From NCBI GenBank assembly GCA_009602735.1, contig WELA01001939.1:158862-222861 (forward strand): DNA of 64,000 bases, read 5' to 3'. Positions 1 through 12,390 of the stretch are shown here, piece after piece. How positions within the stretch are numbered: position 1 is the first letter of the stretch; each line of letters opens with the position of its first letter. The position numbers were made by a program, and so were the translations under genes. The DNA is from Mesotaenium endlicherianum (taxonomy: Eukaryota). The notes below the pieces were generated by a model. It was given only the letters and a program-made list of their open reading frames with translations, had not been told where the DNA came from and made no database searches.

Positions 1-584
1 CCCCCCGCCAGCCAGCCAGCACACCTCAGGCGTGGGCGTGGGATATCACCGCCGCAGGACTACAGCTTGAGGGAGAGGAGGGCAGGGCACGGCAGAGCAG
101 AGCAGAGGGTGCTGCACGGGTGGGACACGGAGAGAGGGAACCCGGGGGGGAGGAGGGGACAAGCAGGGCAAGAGGGGACAGGCGGGGGAGGAGGGGACAG
201 GGGGGGAAGGAAGGGAAGGAAGAAGCATACGCCTCTCTTTGTCATCACAGCAGAGAAAACAGGACAAGTTTCATAGTACACTTACTTATTCATTCTCTCT
301 GTTCCTGGATAAGTATGCTCGGGTAGGGGCGGGTCTTTGAGAGCTACAACTAAGTACTCACTGCCGGCATGCTACCGGGAAGAGCACTTCATCTCTTTGT
401 TTGCACCACCAATGCGCTGCATGTCCTTATGTAGATTCTGGATCGCTGGGAGTGCTGCGGTGCGCCCTTCTGACGACACCTATTATTGACAGAGAGACTC
501 TATGGCCAAAGTAAGATATATATACATATGTGTATATAAACACATATATATATAGAGAGAGAGAAAGAGAGAGTACAAGCTCAC

Positions 585-1917
585 CGGCGACGACGTGACC
601 GGCCTCGTGCACGAGCACGCGCCGCCGGTAGGGCGGCCACAGGCTGAGCAGCTGCCCCACGCCCGTGCCGCCCAGCAGGAGCGCGTCGGCCGTGCCCGCC
701 GCCGCTAGCGCCAGCGCCACCACCCGGACGTCGACGCCGTAGTTGACTAGCGCCGTAAACGCCGCAAACGCCGCGAGGGGGCCCCAGGGGTTGCTCAGCC
801 CCCACTTCTTGGGGGAGAGGCGCGTGGCTGGCGAGGGGAAGGGGNAGGAGAAAAGAGACGTGGAGGGGGAGGGTGTCAGTGGGGGCGGGGCAGTGAGAGA
901 GGGCGAGAGGGAGAGAGGGTGGGGGGACAGGTAGAGAGAGAGAGAGAGGGGAAGATGACAAAGAGAGACAAAGAGCCGGGGAAAAGGGCAGGGAAGAGGG
1001 GGAGGGAAAGTTCGGTGAAGAATTGAGGGTGACTGCTCTTGAGATGCAGTGGAAGGAGAACGGACCGCCGCCAGGTGTCAGAGACGGAGAGCAACAGTGC
1101 GCGGCGGGCGGGCGGCAGCAGGTGGCGGGCGGCGGGCAGGCCGGTCCCTCGTCCTGTGCAGAGACTCAACAAACCACTCTGTCTTCTGACACCCTCCTTC
1201 ACTCCTTCAGGGGGAGTGTCAGGCCAGGGCCTAGGACAGACTCCAACATGCGTATGCGTGCGCGTGCGTGATCCGAACCTCTGGGAGCCCAAATCAAGAC
1301 CTTAATTCTGCAATTGGAGCAAGGCTCGAAACGAGATTCTGGGACTGAGGCAGGGCCAGAGGAGTGGGCGTGGGTGTGAGGGCAGAGGCAGGGGGGCGGG
1401 GGGCGGGGGGAAGGGCTCTGGTCGAGGTCAGGGCTGAGGATTTGAGGCCGGACCTTTCAGCTTGGGCGAGGGCAAGGGCGAGGGCGTGAAGGTTCATGGT
1501 TAGGGTTCATTGCGGGGGAGTTTGCGGTCTCGCCAGGTCAGCGTGTACTGACATTGCGCGAGGCTTAAGGTTCTACATGCTAGAGTTTATCCCTACAGTT
1601 CTTCGCGCATAGTGTCAGGCCGCCGGTTTTCTTTGTCTGGGCTCAGGCCCCAGGTCAAAGCTCGGAAACGGCTTGACAAGTGCGTGGAAATTAGGGTTTT
1701 ACTCATGGTGCGCTACTCATGTTGCGTTCAGACTCTTCCTGGCAGACGGCCTCTGCCGCGACAGCCGCAGACATAGACCGCTCAAAGGGGCCTGCATATG
1801 CTACAAGCCACCAGTCTTTTCCCTCCTGTCCTTCTGCCCCGCCCCTGTCCCTCCTCCTCTACCCTCTCTTGAGAGCCCACCGCACGACGGGCACAAGCTT
1901 CAGCAAGCGCCACTCCA

Positions 1918-1949
<32 letters not shown>

Positions 1950-2051
1950 GGGGAGTCCCATCTCCTACACGCTTTCTGCACCGCATGCACTCTTCCCGAG
2001 CCTCCCGCAATTGAAACCCTAATCCCCTCTCTCATGAGCAGCACATGCCAC

Positions 2052-2083
<32 letters not shown>

Positions 2084-2434
2084 GACGGCGGGGGCAGGAA
2101 CTTGGGAATAGGGCTTGGGAAGCTGCATCAGGTCACAAACCACCTGCCCTGCTTAAGTTGTCGCCTCAAGCTTCTCAGTGCTCCTGCAGAGGCAGGCTGC
2201 AGAGGCTGGGAGGCGAAAGCCTGGGGACCCCTCGCACGATTAGGGCAGGCTGGCTTGCAGGAAGGGAGAGGGGAAGAGGGGAGGGTGGGCAAAGAGGTGG
2301 GGCAGGGAGAGGGGAGAGGGGAGGGAGCGGGGGCGTACCGTCCAGGCCGCTCGCGGACTTGAGGACAGCTGGCGTGATGGGCTTGGAGTCGACGGAGGCT
2401 GCCACAGGGCACACGCACGAGATCGCCCGCCGGC

Positions 2435-2466
<32 letters not shown>

Positions 2467-4543
2467 TGCACGCACGCACGCACGCACGCATGCACGCACG
2501 CGCACACGCACGAAAGTACCAAGAAAGTACAGTCACAAAGCTTATTTATTTGATCAGTAATAGAGGTATACATTTATGTGGGCCATGAGCGGCTGTTAGT
2601 CATGAGGCGGACGGGTCAGGGGTCCAGCTGGCGGGCCAGGATTCCAGCTGGGCAGGTAAGAGATCCAGCTGCGGGTCCAAAGTCCAGCTCGCAAATCGGA
2701 CGTCCAGCTGGCGAGTCAGATGTCCAGCTGGCGAGTGCTCCTGTACCTTTTGAGGGAGCACACACCAGCATTGTTTACTATAACTATTCAAATTCGATAG
2801 TCTCAGAACACTTTTCTTGAGACCTCACAGCAAAATTCACTGCATTTGACCTTTCACAATTTCCGACTAATTACTGTGTTTCTCAAGACAATCTGAGTAC
2901 TTGAACCTCTATTTTTGTCCAAGTGTCCCGGCATTCCGGCATTCCGGCATTCCGGCATTCCGGTGGGGAGTTGAAAAACAGAGAAAAGGAGAAAGGCGGA
3001 GGAGGGGAGGGGGAGTCCTGGGCGAGGGGGGCAGTCGAGGGCGGGNNNNNNNNNNNNNNNNNNNNNNNNNNNNNNNNNNNNNNNNNNNNNNNNNNNNNNN
3101 NNNNNNNNNNNNNNNNNNNNNNNNNNNNNNNNNNNNNNNNNNNNNNNNNNNNNAGAGGGGAGGGGGCGGGGGCGGGTGAAGGAGGTGGAGGAGGAGGAGG
3201 AGGAGGGAGCTGCGGGAGAGGGGAGGGGGGAGGGGGCTGCGTCACGAGCACGTACGGGGGAGCTGGTACTGCCCGAAGCTGGGCGCATAGCCCTGCATGT
3301 GCAGTTTTCTGTAGACTTTCGAGACGAGCGTCTCGTCCTCGGAAGTCAGCACAATGTCCAGAATTCTGAGGTACCGATCCCGCTGCTCCCCCCTCTCGAC
3401 GGTCGCGGTGACTTGATCCGGCACCAGGGGAGTTGACGGCCTGCTCAGCCCGGTCGAGAAGGACATGCCAGGTGGCAGCACGCCCTCGTCCTCGTAGAAC
3501 GAGTCCGCATCCAGCGCATCTGCTGCTGCTGCGTCCGTACCCGACCCCAATCCCAATTCCGATTCCGATTGCCAGATTGTGCGATCGACGGTGGAGATCT
3601 CGGGCCGCTCGAGGTAATCAAAGGCCAGCCTCAGATTGTTGTCCTCCACAGCCTCGTCGTACTTCTGCCAGAGAGGGGTCAGAGCAGACTCCCCCGAGGC
3701 TCCCCCAAGGCTCCCCCGAAGCTCTCCCGAGGTGCCCGCCGAGGCACTCCCAAGGCTCCCCCGAAGCTCCCCCGAGGCTACCCCCGAGGCTCCCCTTGAG
3801 TCTCCCCCGAGGCTTCCTTTGAGCTCTCCTTCCTTTTGCACCCCCCCAAGAAGCTCGCTGTCTGCCATTGGATGAGCGTGTTCCTCCCTTCCAAGTGCGT
3901 GCTTAGGTGCGTCCTCAGGTGCGTGCTCAGGTGCTTGCTCAGGTCCTTGCTCAGGTGCGTGCTCAGCCCTGGCAACAGAAGGGGACCCCGGCGGCGGACG
4001 AGGGGACTCTTTCTGCGCCACCCCTCTTTCATCAGACAGAGAAGCTCTGCTTAAAAGTGGCTCCCCATGCTGACTGGCGGATTCTCTAAGAGGCTCGTCA
4101 TGCAGGCCAGCTCGTCCAGGGTCGAGAAGGGGACCATCTCCACCGTTGGCATCTTCCCGAGAGCCAATCCTAGGGTCTAGAGTGTCAATCGACGATGACT
4201 TGGCTGGATGGACGTCGCGGAAAGATGGCCCAGGACCTGGATGGCTGTGATCGACGACTTCGTGAAGTAAGCTTGAGGAAGAACCATGTGAGTGGCTGTC
4301 AAAGCTGTCGTCAGCGCCGGCGTCATGGATGCTAGTGTCAAATTCTGCACCGCCTGACGCTCTTACTAGGCAAAATTCCCTTCGTTTCTCTACTTTCCAT
4401 TGCCACGTCAGCCTCCGATGACCGCGTGCAACGAAGAAGCTCCTGACACTGGCTTTACCTCCTGGGTGTGGGTGACAACTAGTAACGAGGGGGGCACGTA
4501 GCGTGGAGAAAAGGAGTGTCGAACTCGTCGGAAAAATACTCAT
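585..4543 (-). CDS. VIR3: VIRESCENT3-like chloroplast putative zinc metalloprotease (FtsH/M41-related HExxH protein), 5' part; gene continues beyond the window start
   Basis: Exons 4543-3256, 2398-2339 and 827-585 join in frame over GT-AG introns to give ...FGQYQLP|PSVDSKPITPAVLKSASGLD|ATRLSPKKWGLS...LWPPYRRRVLVHEAGHVVA. The TPxVLKSAxGL, LSPKKWG and WPPxxRRxxVHEAGH motifs match Arabidopsis At1g56180/VIR3 as I recall it. The Ser/Thr/Arg-rich N-terminus resembles a transit peptide. Confidence 0.8.
2620..2740. repeat. Intronic degenerate tandem repeat of about 20-22 bp with a tccagctg core
   Basis: Six regularly spaced tccagct(g/c) cores between about 2622 and 2731. Confidence 0.65.
3690..3970 (-). 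repeat. Coding tandem repeats in VIR3-like exon 1 (GELRGSLGG-type and APEH/APEQ-type units)
   Basis: Repeated ccccgaggctcccc units (about 3690-3830) and 12-bp tgctcaggtgcg-type units (about 3895-3966) translate to repeated peptides within the 433-aa ORF. Confidence 0.8.
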
Positions 4544-6179
4544 GGTGCAAAGCTGATATTGCTTTGAGACTCAATAGTAAGACACTTGGTTGCCGGTACT
4601 CTTTTGTTCCTCCTTCACAATACTCGTGTTTTTTCCCTACTTACTCTTCGACCATGATACGCTCAGATGCGTACCCGTCGTGAGGCCAATTGGCCATACA
4701 GCGTGTGTACCTCTGCACGCATGCAGAACATAGAATGAGCGTACTATCTCTAATGACTTGGGCTGCTACAAGCCCAGCGCATCGCGTTAGTGGATAGTGT
4801 GCATGAAGGCATGCACTCTTAGCGATGAGAAGCGAAAATATGGACCAAGGCAGGACCAAGGTCGGCATAGAGCACATACGAGCACATACAGCTGCATACG
4901 GCAACGTGCAGTGGTGTGTCCGGGTCGTGCCTGGTCTTGCCTGGTCAAACCTCGTTGTGCTTTGCGAGGTCGGATTAAGTCGTGATGTCTGCTTCGCAAC
5001 AGTCAACAAAGTTGTCGGTGTTCAACCTCTCACCTTCTGCTAACATCAGCAAACATCCTATCCTCTTTTTTTTGAAAGGGTGGGTATGTATCCATTGGCT
5101 ACCGTGCATGGACGAATATACTTTGGTTTTGTCACTTTAACTAGAGCCTTCATAACGCATGACATTCATTTGAAACTTTAAAGACCAGGAAAGCAAGTTC
5201 CCAAAAAATCCATTGTCAGAAAGTTCAAAAAAATCAGAGCTTTGTAACTTGGGAGTCCAAAGCAACAACTATTGATGTTTGATAATTATCTTCTTATTTT
5301 AAGCGTTAAGCTACCTGGCAGCATTGTTTGAGGTGCCTTAATAGCTAGCTCACATGCACAATACTTCACAAAGGTGACATTTGAGGGAGTCCGAGGATAC
5401 GCATCGAAGGCACGACCTCCTTTATTCTGATATTCTTCAAGTTACCAAATGTCTCAACAGCTACTAATAATAGAATGGCATTGACAATGGTAGTTTTGAA
5501 ATTAGTGATGATCTATGAATTATGAGAGACTATTATATAGAGCTTAACTTACATTGACTTATAAACCCTCGATTGTCTTTCATAGATAGCAAAATATCAC
5601 GTAAAAGATGGCAAAGCTTAACTCATAATAAACTTCCTTTGCAAAAACAAGTTGCTCGTTGGGCAAAACAGCTACGGACCTATCATGCATCTCAAACATA
5701 CTAGTGCAATAACTTACCAAGTAGTGTTAAGAAGGAAGAATTAAATAATATGATACGGCAAAGACGGTCTGGATAAAAGTCATCCACCAGCCTACAAAGA
5801 GAATGTTTTAAAAAGCGCGTCTGAAGCATTGCACTTATGTCATCTAAGCTTAATAAGCAGATGTTTTCTCAAGTCGTAGATTGTCGTGGCACTTGCATGC
5901 TGAGCACACCTAACTCCTATCTTAAGGAATAAGAATATCGATTGTGCGGGGGTTGAACATAATTTAATTTGAAACTCATTAATGAATTTGGTGGCTCATG
6001 TTTATGATGTAATTTGATGTCAATTTGATGTCCTAAACCAAAATGCAATTTTTTTTTAAATATTCTAAACCGAAATCGCAAACAAATTTCAAAAAAAATC
6101 AGCCTCTGTGATTGAAAGGCAACAAAATCACTTCTCAACAAACCGAGTGGAACTTCCTTATAAACTAGGATTATATGCT

Positions 6180-9100
6180 TCAATCATGTTCAAGTTCTTC
6201 TGGCCTGATATCACGCCCTAAGGGTACCATCGACTTCTTGTCCTTGTCACGCGGCATCGACTTTCTCATATCTGCAGGAGCAATATCATGCAATGCAGAG
6301 ACGACAACAGAAACAAAAACAACAACAAGCAGGTCAGAAAGCGATGCACTTATCTAAGAAATGAAAAACTGCAAGAAGGGGCAAAGGCGTCAGAGTCCAA
6401 CGCAAGCACATGTGACGACTGTGCAAAACCACCCGAAGACACCACCAGGCAGCATGCATGGCAACACGTTGACAAAGTTGCAAGAGCCTATGACCCCGAT
6501 GAGGTATGAGTGTGGAGCATACGAGGCCAAGTATGAACACATAATAGACCAGGCAATCAGGGCCTAAGGTTTAAGGCTGGGTTTTGAAATTTTGAATTTC
6601 AACCGACAAGACAGCAGCCTGATCGCATCCAACGAGCCATCAAAAAAGTATACACAGTCGAGAAACCTTACCAAAAGCGTCTTCCTCCCCTGAGTAGTAG
6701 TTGAGCACTCGTCGATAGACCGTGTACCCCAGCTGCAAGCAACAACACGACAGCACACGCACACGCACAGACACAAAGGGAGACGGGGCCCTCTTCTCAG
6801 TGACAAGGCCTTGCTCTTAACAAAGGCGACATCGTGACAAGGCCTTCATCTCAGCAACGAGGCCTTCAGGCTTCAATCTAGTAACAATACCTTCAGTTCA
6901 GTGACAAGGGCCACCCTACACTCTTGTGACACTGCATACCCATCCACTCTGCACACGCAAGTTCCAGAGCCAAAGATTTTTGTGCACCAGACCCTCAGTA
7001 AGGTGCAGATGCGTGCACGTACATACACGCGCAAATATGCACAACCCTTACGCCAGCTGTGGCAGAGTTTCAGAGCGACGGCGCTCAGAACTTCCTACAC
7101 GCCGTCGGACGTCGCACCCGGTGGCTCCCGAAGCCGACTCGCATCGGGCTAATTCCTTTCCAGGAGCCTCGTGCAAGGAGTATGCATAAGAGTAGAATAG
7201 CATGACCCCAATACAACACTATGATACCGGTACGATGCCGGTACGGAGCCAAAGCGATGCCGGTACGAGGCCGGTACGATGCCAGTGCGATGCCGATACG
7301 GTGCGGGAACGGTGCCGGTACAATGCGCACGTGATGGCAGTGGAGAGCTTTTCCCTACCAGACTTACAATGCCTGGCATACGCTAGTAGCTCCCACACTA
7401 GTGGCTCCCAGGTCCACCCCAGCCCCTCCCCTCCTGCGGAGCTGGCCCCCCTCCGCCAGGCGTCGCAGATAATGCCAAAGCAATCACGAAGCAAACCCTT
7501 GGCTCTAAACCCGTTCACGCACGGCATGAACAGCTCCGCCACGTGCGCACCACTCCATCCACTCCGGAGACCCTAGCTCGATCGTCCGAAGCGTAAACCC
7601 CTCCTGTCGCACAAACACCACACCGCCTCCGAGAGGAGCGTGGGCTGAGGCACTGTGTGTCACAAAAGCCCCAAGGCTTCCACCCTTACTAGCTCAAAAG
7701 TGGTCGAAGCACAGCACATGCAGCTCTCACGGAGCCAGCCCCCCCCCCCNTTTCCCTCTGCCGAAGAGCGCGGCAGAGGTGCCTGCCTGCCTGCTTGCCT
7801 GCCTGCCGGCCTGCTCCGCCGTCGGGCTTTCCGGGTGGCAGCTTTGCTCCACCTTTTGCCCGAGCTGTGAAGCTACGCTACTACTCTCTCTGCCAAAGAG
7901 CCCAGCGTGGCGCGCCCGCTCCCCCTTCAGGCCTGGGGCCCAAAGGGCTGAAAAAGCCGAAAGAGCTGCAGGGGGCTAGAGCTGTCAACTCTCGCGGCGT
8001 TAGCTACCTTCTTGTACATGTTGATGGCGGCCTTGTTGGAGACGCGCACAAAGAGGTCCACAAAGTACCCGTCGTACCTGCGCACCCCCTCCCCCCCCCC
8101 CGCCCCCCCNNNNNNNNNNNNNNNNNNNNNNNNNNNNNNNNNNNNNNNCCCCCGTCCCAGACACACAATACACGACACATGCACGGCATATAAGAAAGCC
8201 CATCGCCTTGCAGCAGCCGCCATGGATCAGCTGCCATGCTCAACAAGAAAGGCAGTTGCCATGCAGCAACCATGCATGATGAAAACCCCCGTTGCCCACA
8301 GAGCAGCAGCCATGGCTCAGCTGTGACGCCCAATCAAACCTCGCCTTTGGAAAAGGTGCTCTCATGCTGCCCCAGCCGCACGCCCCTGAACCCTCCACAC
8401 CCCCTCCGCCCACCGCCTCTCCACTCCCCCCCTCCACCGGGCCCACCTCCCTCCTCACACACAAACATGGAACGTGAAAGAGGAAAAGAACGTTACAACA
8501 CGATTGAACGTCAAGGTGCACTGGCCTGCATCCCAAAAGGTGCCCGTCTGCGCAGCCAGCCCTTCCACTAAAATCAATACAGTCTCCAGCTGTGACCCGG
8601 CGGGCCGCCCAAAAAGATCCGTCCTGCTTGCACGATCAACCCTCCCGCTGACTCGTGGACCGCGCAACCCTCCCTCCGACCCACTCGCCCAGTCCACAGA
8701 TGCCACCTGGCAGGTCGGCTGGCGGATCAATTCGACACGTGTCAGGGAGCGCTGCAGGAGTAGAAGTAGACCGTCACTCTCGGCTGCTGCACACCGACGC
8801 ATGTCGGAAACGGGGGGCGCAAGCACACTGCCGCCCCCCTCTCCCGCACATACACACACGTATTCGTGTGAAGGCTAGGCCACTATCGCGCGCACATCTT
8901 GTGCCACCCTCTCCGGGCACATACACATACATTTTCGGGTAAGGGCTAGGCTATCGCAGCGCGCACGTCTTGTGTGCCACCCTTTCCGGGCACTTACACA
9001 TACGTTTTTGGGTAAGACTAGGCTAAAGGCTATCGTGCGTACATCTTGTGCGTGATCTCCTCCAGGATGTCCATCAGCTTCGCCGCCAGCTGCTGCCGCC

Positions 9101-11951
9101 GGTACTCGGGGGCCACCGTGACAGCTGTCACGTGCCCGTGCCACTGGTCGCCCTCCCCCTCCACCTTCCCCATTACTGCCCCCCCCNCCAGGACCACTGC
9201 AGGATTGGTCCGGCTGCAGCCCCTTGTAGGGTTCATAAGCTCATGGGGCCATCCGAAAGGTGCACCCCCACATCCACAGCCACTTGTACAGCCCCTTAGG
9301 CCTGGGCTCTAGACAGGACTCCACTGTTCCATCAAAATCTCTGGTGCTTACGAATGTGCTTGCGATACGCTATCGATTATCTTTAAGTATCTACTCACAT
9401 TAATTGAAAATGTTAGTATTGAACCCTTGGGCAGCACCAGTACAGGTCATAATAAAGCCCCTCCGAGCTGGCTGCGCTGCCACCCTCACCACACCTGCTG
9501 GAGAGAGAGAGCCTCCAGGAAGACCTCGAACTTGAAACCCTAACGCTGTGTCGCTGACCCGGAACAAACGCGGAACTGCAGATGCTACTCCTCTGGCCAA
9601 CAAGAGCCTCAGACAAGTGAGGGGCACGCGGCCCATCAAAGATTGGGCAACTGGCCCGAATAAATCTCTAGGGATTTCACTAGGAGAAAGTTTGTAGCTC
9701 GACTGCCTGCAGGGGGGCGTGGCGCGGGCAGGAGAGGGGGGCTGCTTGCTGAGAATGCGGGCAGGTGACTGCCGTACAGTAGTAGACCCTCTCCTAACCC
9801 TCATCCTAGCCTAGCCCTAACCTTACCCCTTACCCCTGCTCGTAAGCCCCTAGACGTAGACCCCTGAACCCTGCGCCCGGTTCCATGGTGTGAATGCAAA
9901 TAAGTGTTGCTGGAGGACCACCAGCCATGCGCTGCCACAACTTCACTTCTTGTCCTTGCCTTTGAGGGGGGAGGGTCTGCCGCCCGGGTTTCGGGTGACA
10001 TGCGACAGCCCACAAAAGCAGTTCCGAGAGCGGAGGTGCGGAGAGTGCAGGGCTTGGGTTCTAAGCAGTGCGCGTGCGTGCGCACCGCAGCCCATGAGAG
10101 GAGTGCAGGCTTGGGGTTCAAGGAGTGGGTCACAGCTGTCACAGCTGGGAAGGTTTAGGGCTTGAGTGCGAGCGCGCACACCATGGCCCATGACAGAAGC
10201 GCAGGTTCAGGGTTTGAGTGCGAGCCCGCGCGCACCCTGTAGCCCACGACAGAATCAGAACAGCATAATTTGGGTTGAAGGAGTGCGTGCACAATATAGC
10301 CCTTGCCAAATTTAAAGGGGGTTTAGGGTTTGAGGAGTGCACGTATGAGTGCTAGCACTCGACATCTACGACAGCAGAGGAAATTCGGGGAGTGCGTGCA
10401 CACTGTAGCCCATGACGGCAGAGCCGGGCCCCTCGGCCAGGAGGAAGTACTCGGGCCAGCGAGCCATGTAGCTCAGGTAGAACTGCAGGTTGTACTGCCA
10501 CCAGCAACACCCCGCCCCAGAAAACCCTGCACGTGTGAGAGACGCCTCCCATGACCCCTCCCATAAACCCGGGTCTGACAGAAATGCGTACCCTCGCATG
10601 CTGCCCCACACACCAATTCTCAACTAAGGACGTCATGCAGATGCCATGTGTCTTGCATTAAAACCCTGGGTGCTACAGTAAACCCTTGCTACACACCCCC
10701 TCTCTCCCCTCCCCCACCCCCCTCTCCCGATCCCCCCTGCCCTCGTCGCCCCCCTGTGCTCTGCCCAGATTCGGCACGTTGCATGAAAGTGAGCTAAGCG
10801 AGGACAGGAAGGCAGAAAAGCAAGAAGAGGAATGGAACGAGGATTTCAGTAGCAGGGCTTTTACACGTGTTGTGTACCTTGCCTAAGTGGCCAGGCGGGA
10901 ATGTGATGGCACCGCAAGGCAAGAGGCTCCCAACTCTCACCCTAATCCTAAACACCTCAGCTTTAACCCGCAACCGCTAAACCCTTCTTTAAAATCCTGA
11001 GCACAAGCGGATGAGACGGAAATTGTGCCAGCTGGCGCTGGCATCCGTGTGCCAGCTGGCGCTGGCATGCGGTGCATGCAAGCGGAGCTTCTTGGTTTCT
11101 TGCCCACGTCACCGAAAGCAGCACCCCACTTTTTTCAGCATTCCCAAGTGTCATTGTGGACACAGCTGAACAATCCAAAGCGTTTCCCTCGGCAAGCATT
11201 CCCCCCCGAGAAGCGCGCAGCGGACATTCCAGCCCCTCGTAGGGGCGCACCACCTTATATATACACATATATAAACATGTATATAGCACCACCCAAAATA
11301 TTGCATTTGAGCGCGTCACACTCCTAACATGGCGAACCTTCCCGGGTCTATGAAGCCACAAACTCTACATCACGGCAATCAGTGGCAATGAAGTGAGGCA
11401 CTAACTGCAAAAATTGTGCACTCAAAGCCCGGTTTATCACGCATGTCAGCGCCCGTGCATCGCCTCACGACACTTGGCAGGCTCAGCTAATGGGTGTTAC
11501 AAAGCATGGTTGACGGGTAAGTGAATATGAGGCGCAAAAAAGCTATATAGCCAGGACGGCTGGACAACAAGCCAATGACATTCAAGGGTTGCCTCTCTCC
11601 CCCTCAAATGCATCCCCCCCCCTCCCCCCCCCACGCTTCTCCCACGACTCTAGGGGGCCCCAACATATAGAAGCATGGTGTCAACCTGCTTAGAACACTA
11701 CGTACCGAGTCTACAAGAGAGCAGATATGGCCAGATCATAATAAACATATGATTTGTGGGTCACTGACACAAATACATGTTTTCAATGCAAAAACACTTT
11801 ATTCAGAACTTTGAAGGTATTCACTTGACAGCAGCCCGACGAACATAAAGACTGCAGCATATGAACAACTTACCGTTTCTGTGTACCAGTCGAGGTTAAC
11901 CTTATTGAAGGTAAGAAGGTCATCGCACGTAAACCTACGAATAGACGTCAT
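6180..11951 (-). CDS. NAA20: N-alpha-acetyltransferase 20 (NatB catalytic subunit, GNAT family)
   Basis: Six exons (11951-11874, 10494-10404, 9175-9043, 8077-8008, 6732-6672, 6271-6180) with consistent GT-AG phases give MTSIRRFTCDDLLTFNKVNLDWYTET|YNLQFYLSYMARWPEY...|IMGKVEGEGDQWHGHVTAVTVAPEYRRQQLA...|YDGYFVDLFVRVSN...|LGYTVYRRVLNYYSGEEDAF|DMRK...ELEHD*. These are the hallmark NAA20 motifs. Confidence 0.96.
7224..7325. repeat. 11-bp degenerate minisatellite (cgatgccggta)n in an NAA20 intron
   Basis: About 9 tandem variants of cgatgccggta are visible directly. Confidence 0.8.
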
Positions 11952-12390
11952 GACTGCAAGAGGGAAGAAAGAACATACAACCAAGCAGCAACCGACCTAT
12001 CCGTCTGGTGCCTGCTTATTCCAGCTCTACGTTGATGCAGGCGCAAGAGTGTGCCGAGAGCGCCAAACGCAAGATACAAATTAAACTACCGCAGGCGTGA
12101 TGCGTGCCCGCACCTTTAAAGCAACGGATTTAAGCTACAAACGAAACAAGTTGGGCCAAGATCGTGATCATGCAGGTGCATTGCTCTAATGTGAATACTG
12201 GTCCTGAATTCATCGAGGGGCCTGGTTCGATAACTTCGTTCCATGCTTCTTCGTTCAGTTTTTTGTTTCGTAACAGTCGTAGGTTGTTTAATTTCTGATC
12301 ATGCATGTAAGAGTACGTTTCGCAAGCTGTTTCCTAGGCTCGATTGGTATCACTTCGAAGCGTCAGAACGTAGTCTAAAGTTGGCCATTG
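11952..12390. promoter_or_regulatory. Probable shared bidirectional promoter/5' UTR region of NAA20 and the ICME-like gene
   Basis: Divergent start codons at 11951 (-) and 12391 (+). A pyrimidine-rich acceptor (ttctttcttccctcttgcag) ends 2 nt before the NAA20 ATG, implying a 5' UTR intron in this interval. Confidence 0.55.

Noticed and set aside
2620..2740. CRISPR-like regularly spaced short repeats (also 25236-25508 and 56553-56659)
   Set aside because: The context is eukaryotic, the repeats are too short or degenerate, there are no uniform unique spacers, and no cas genes are present.
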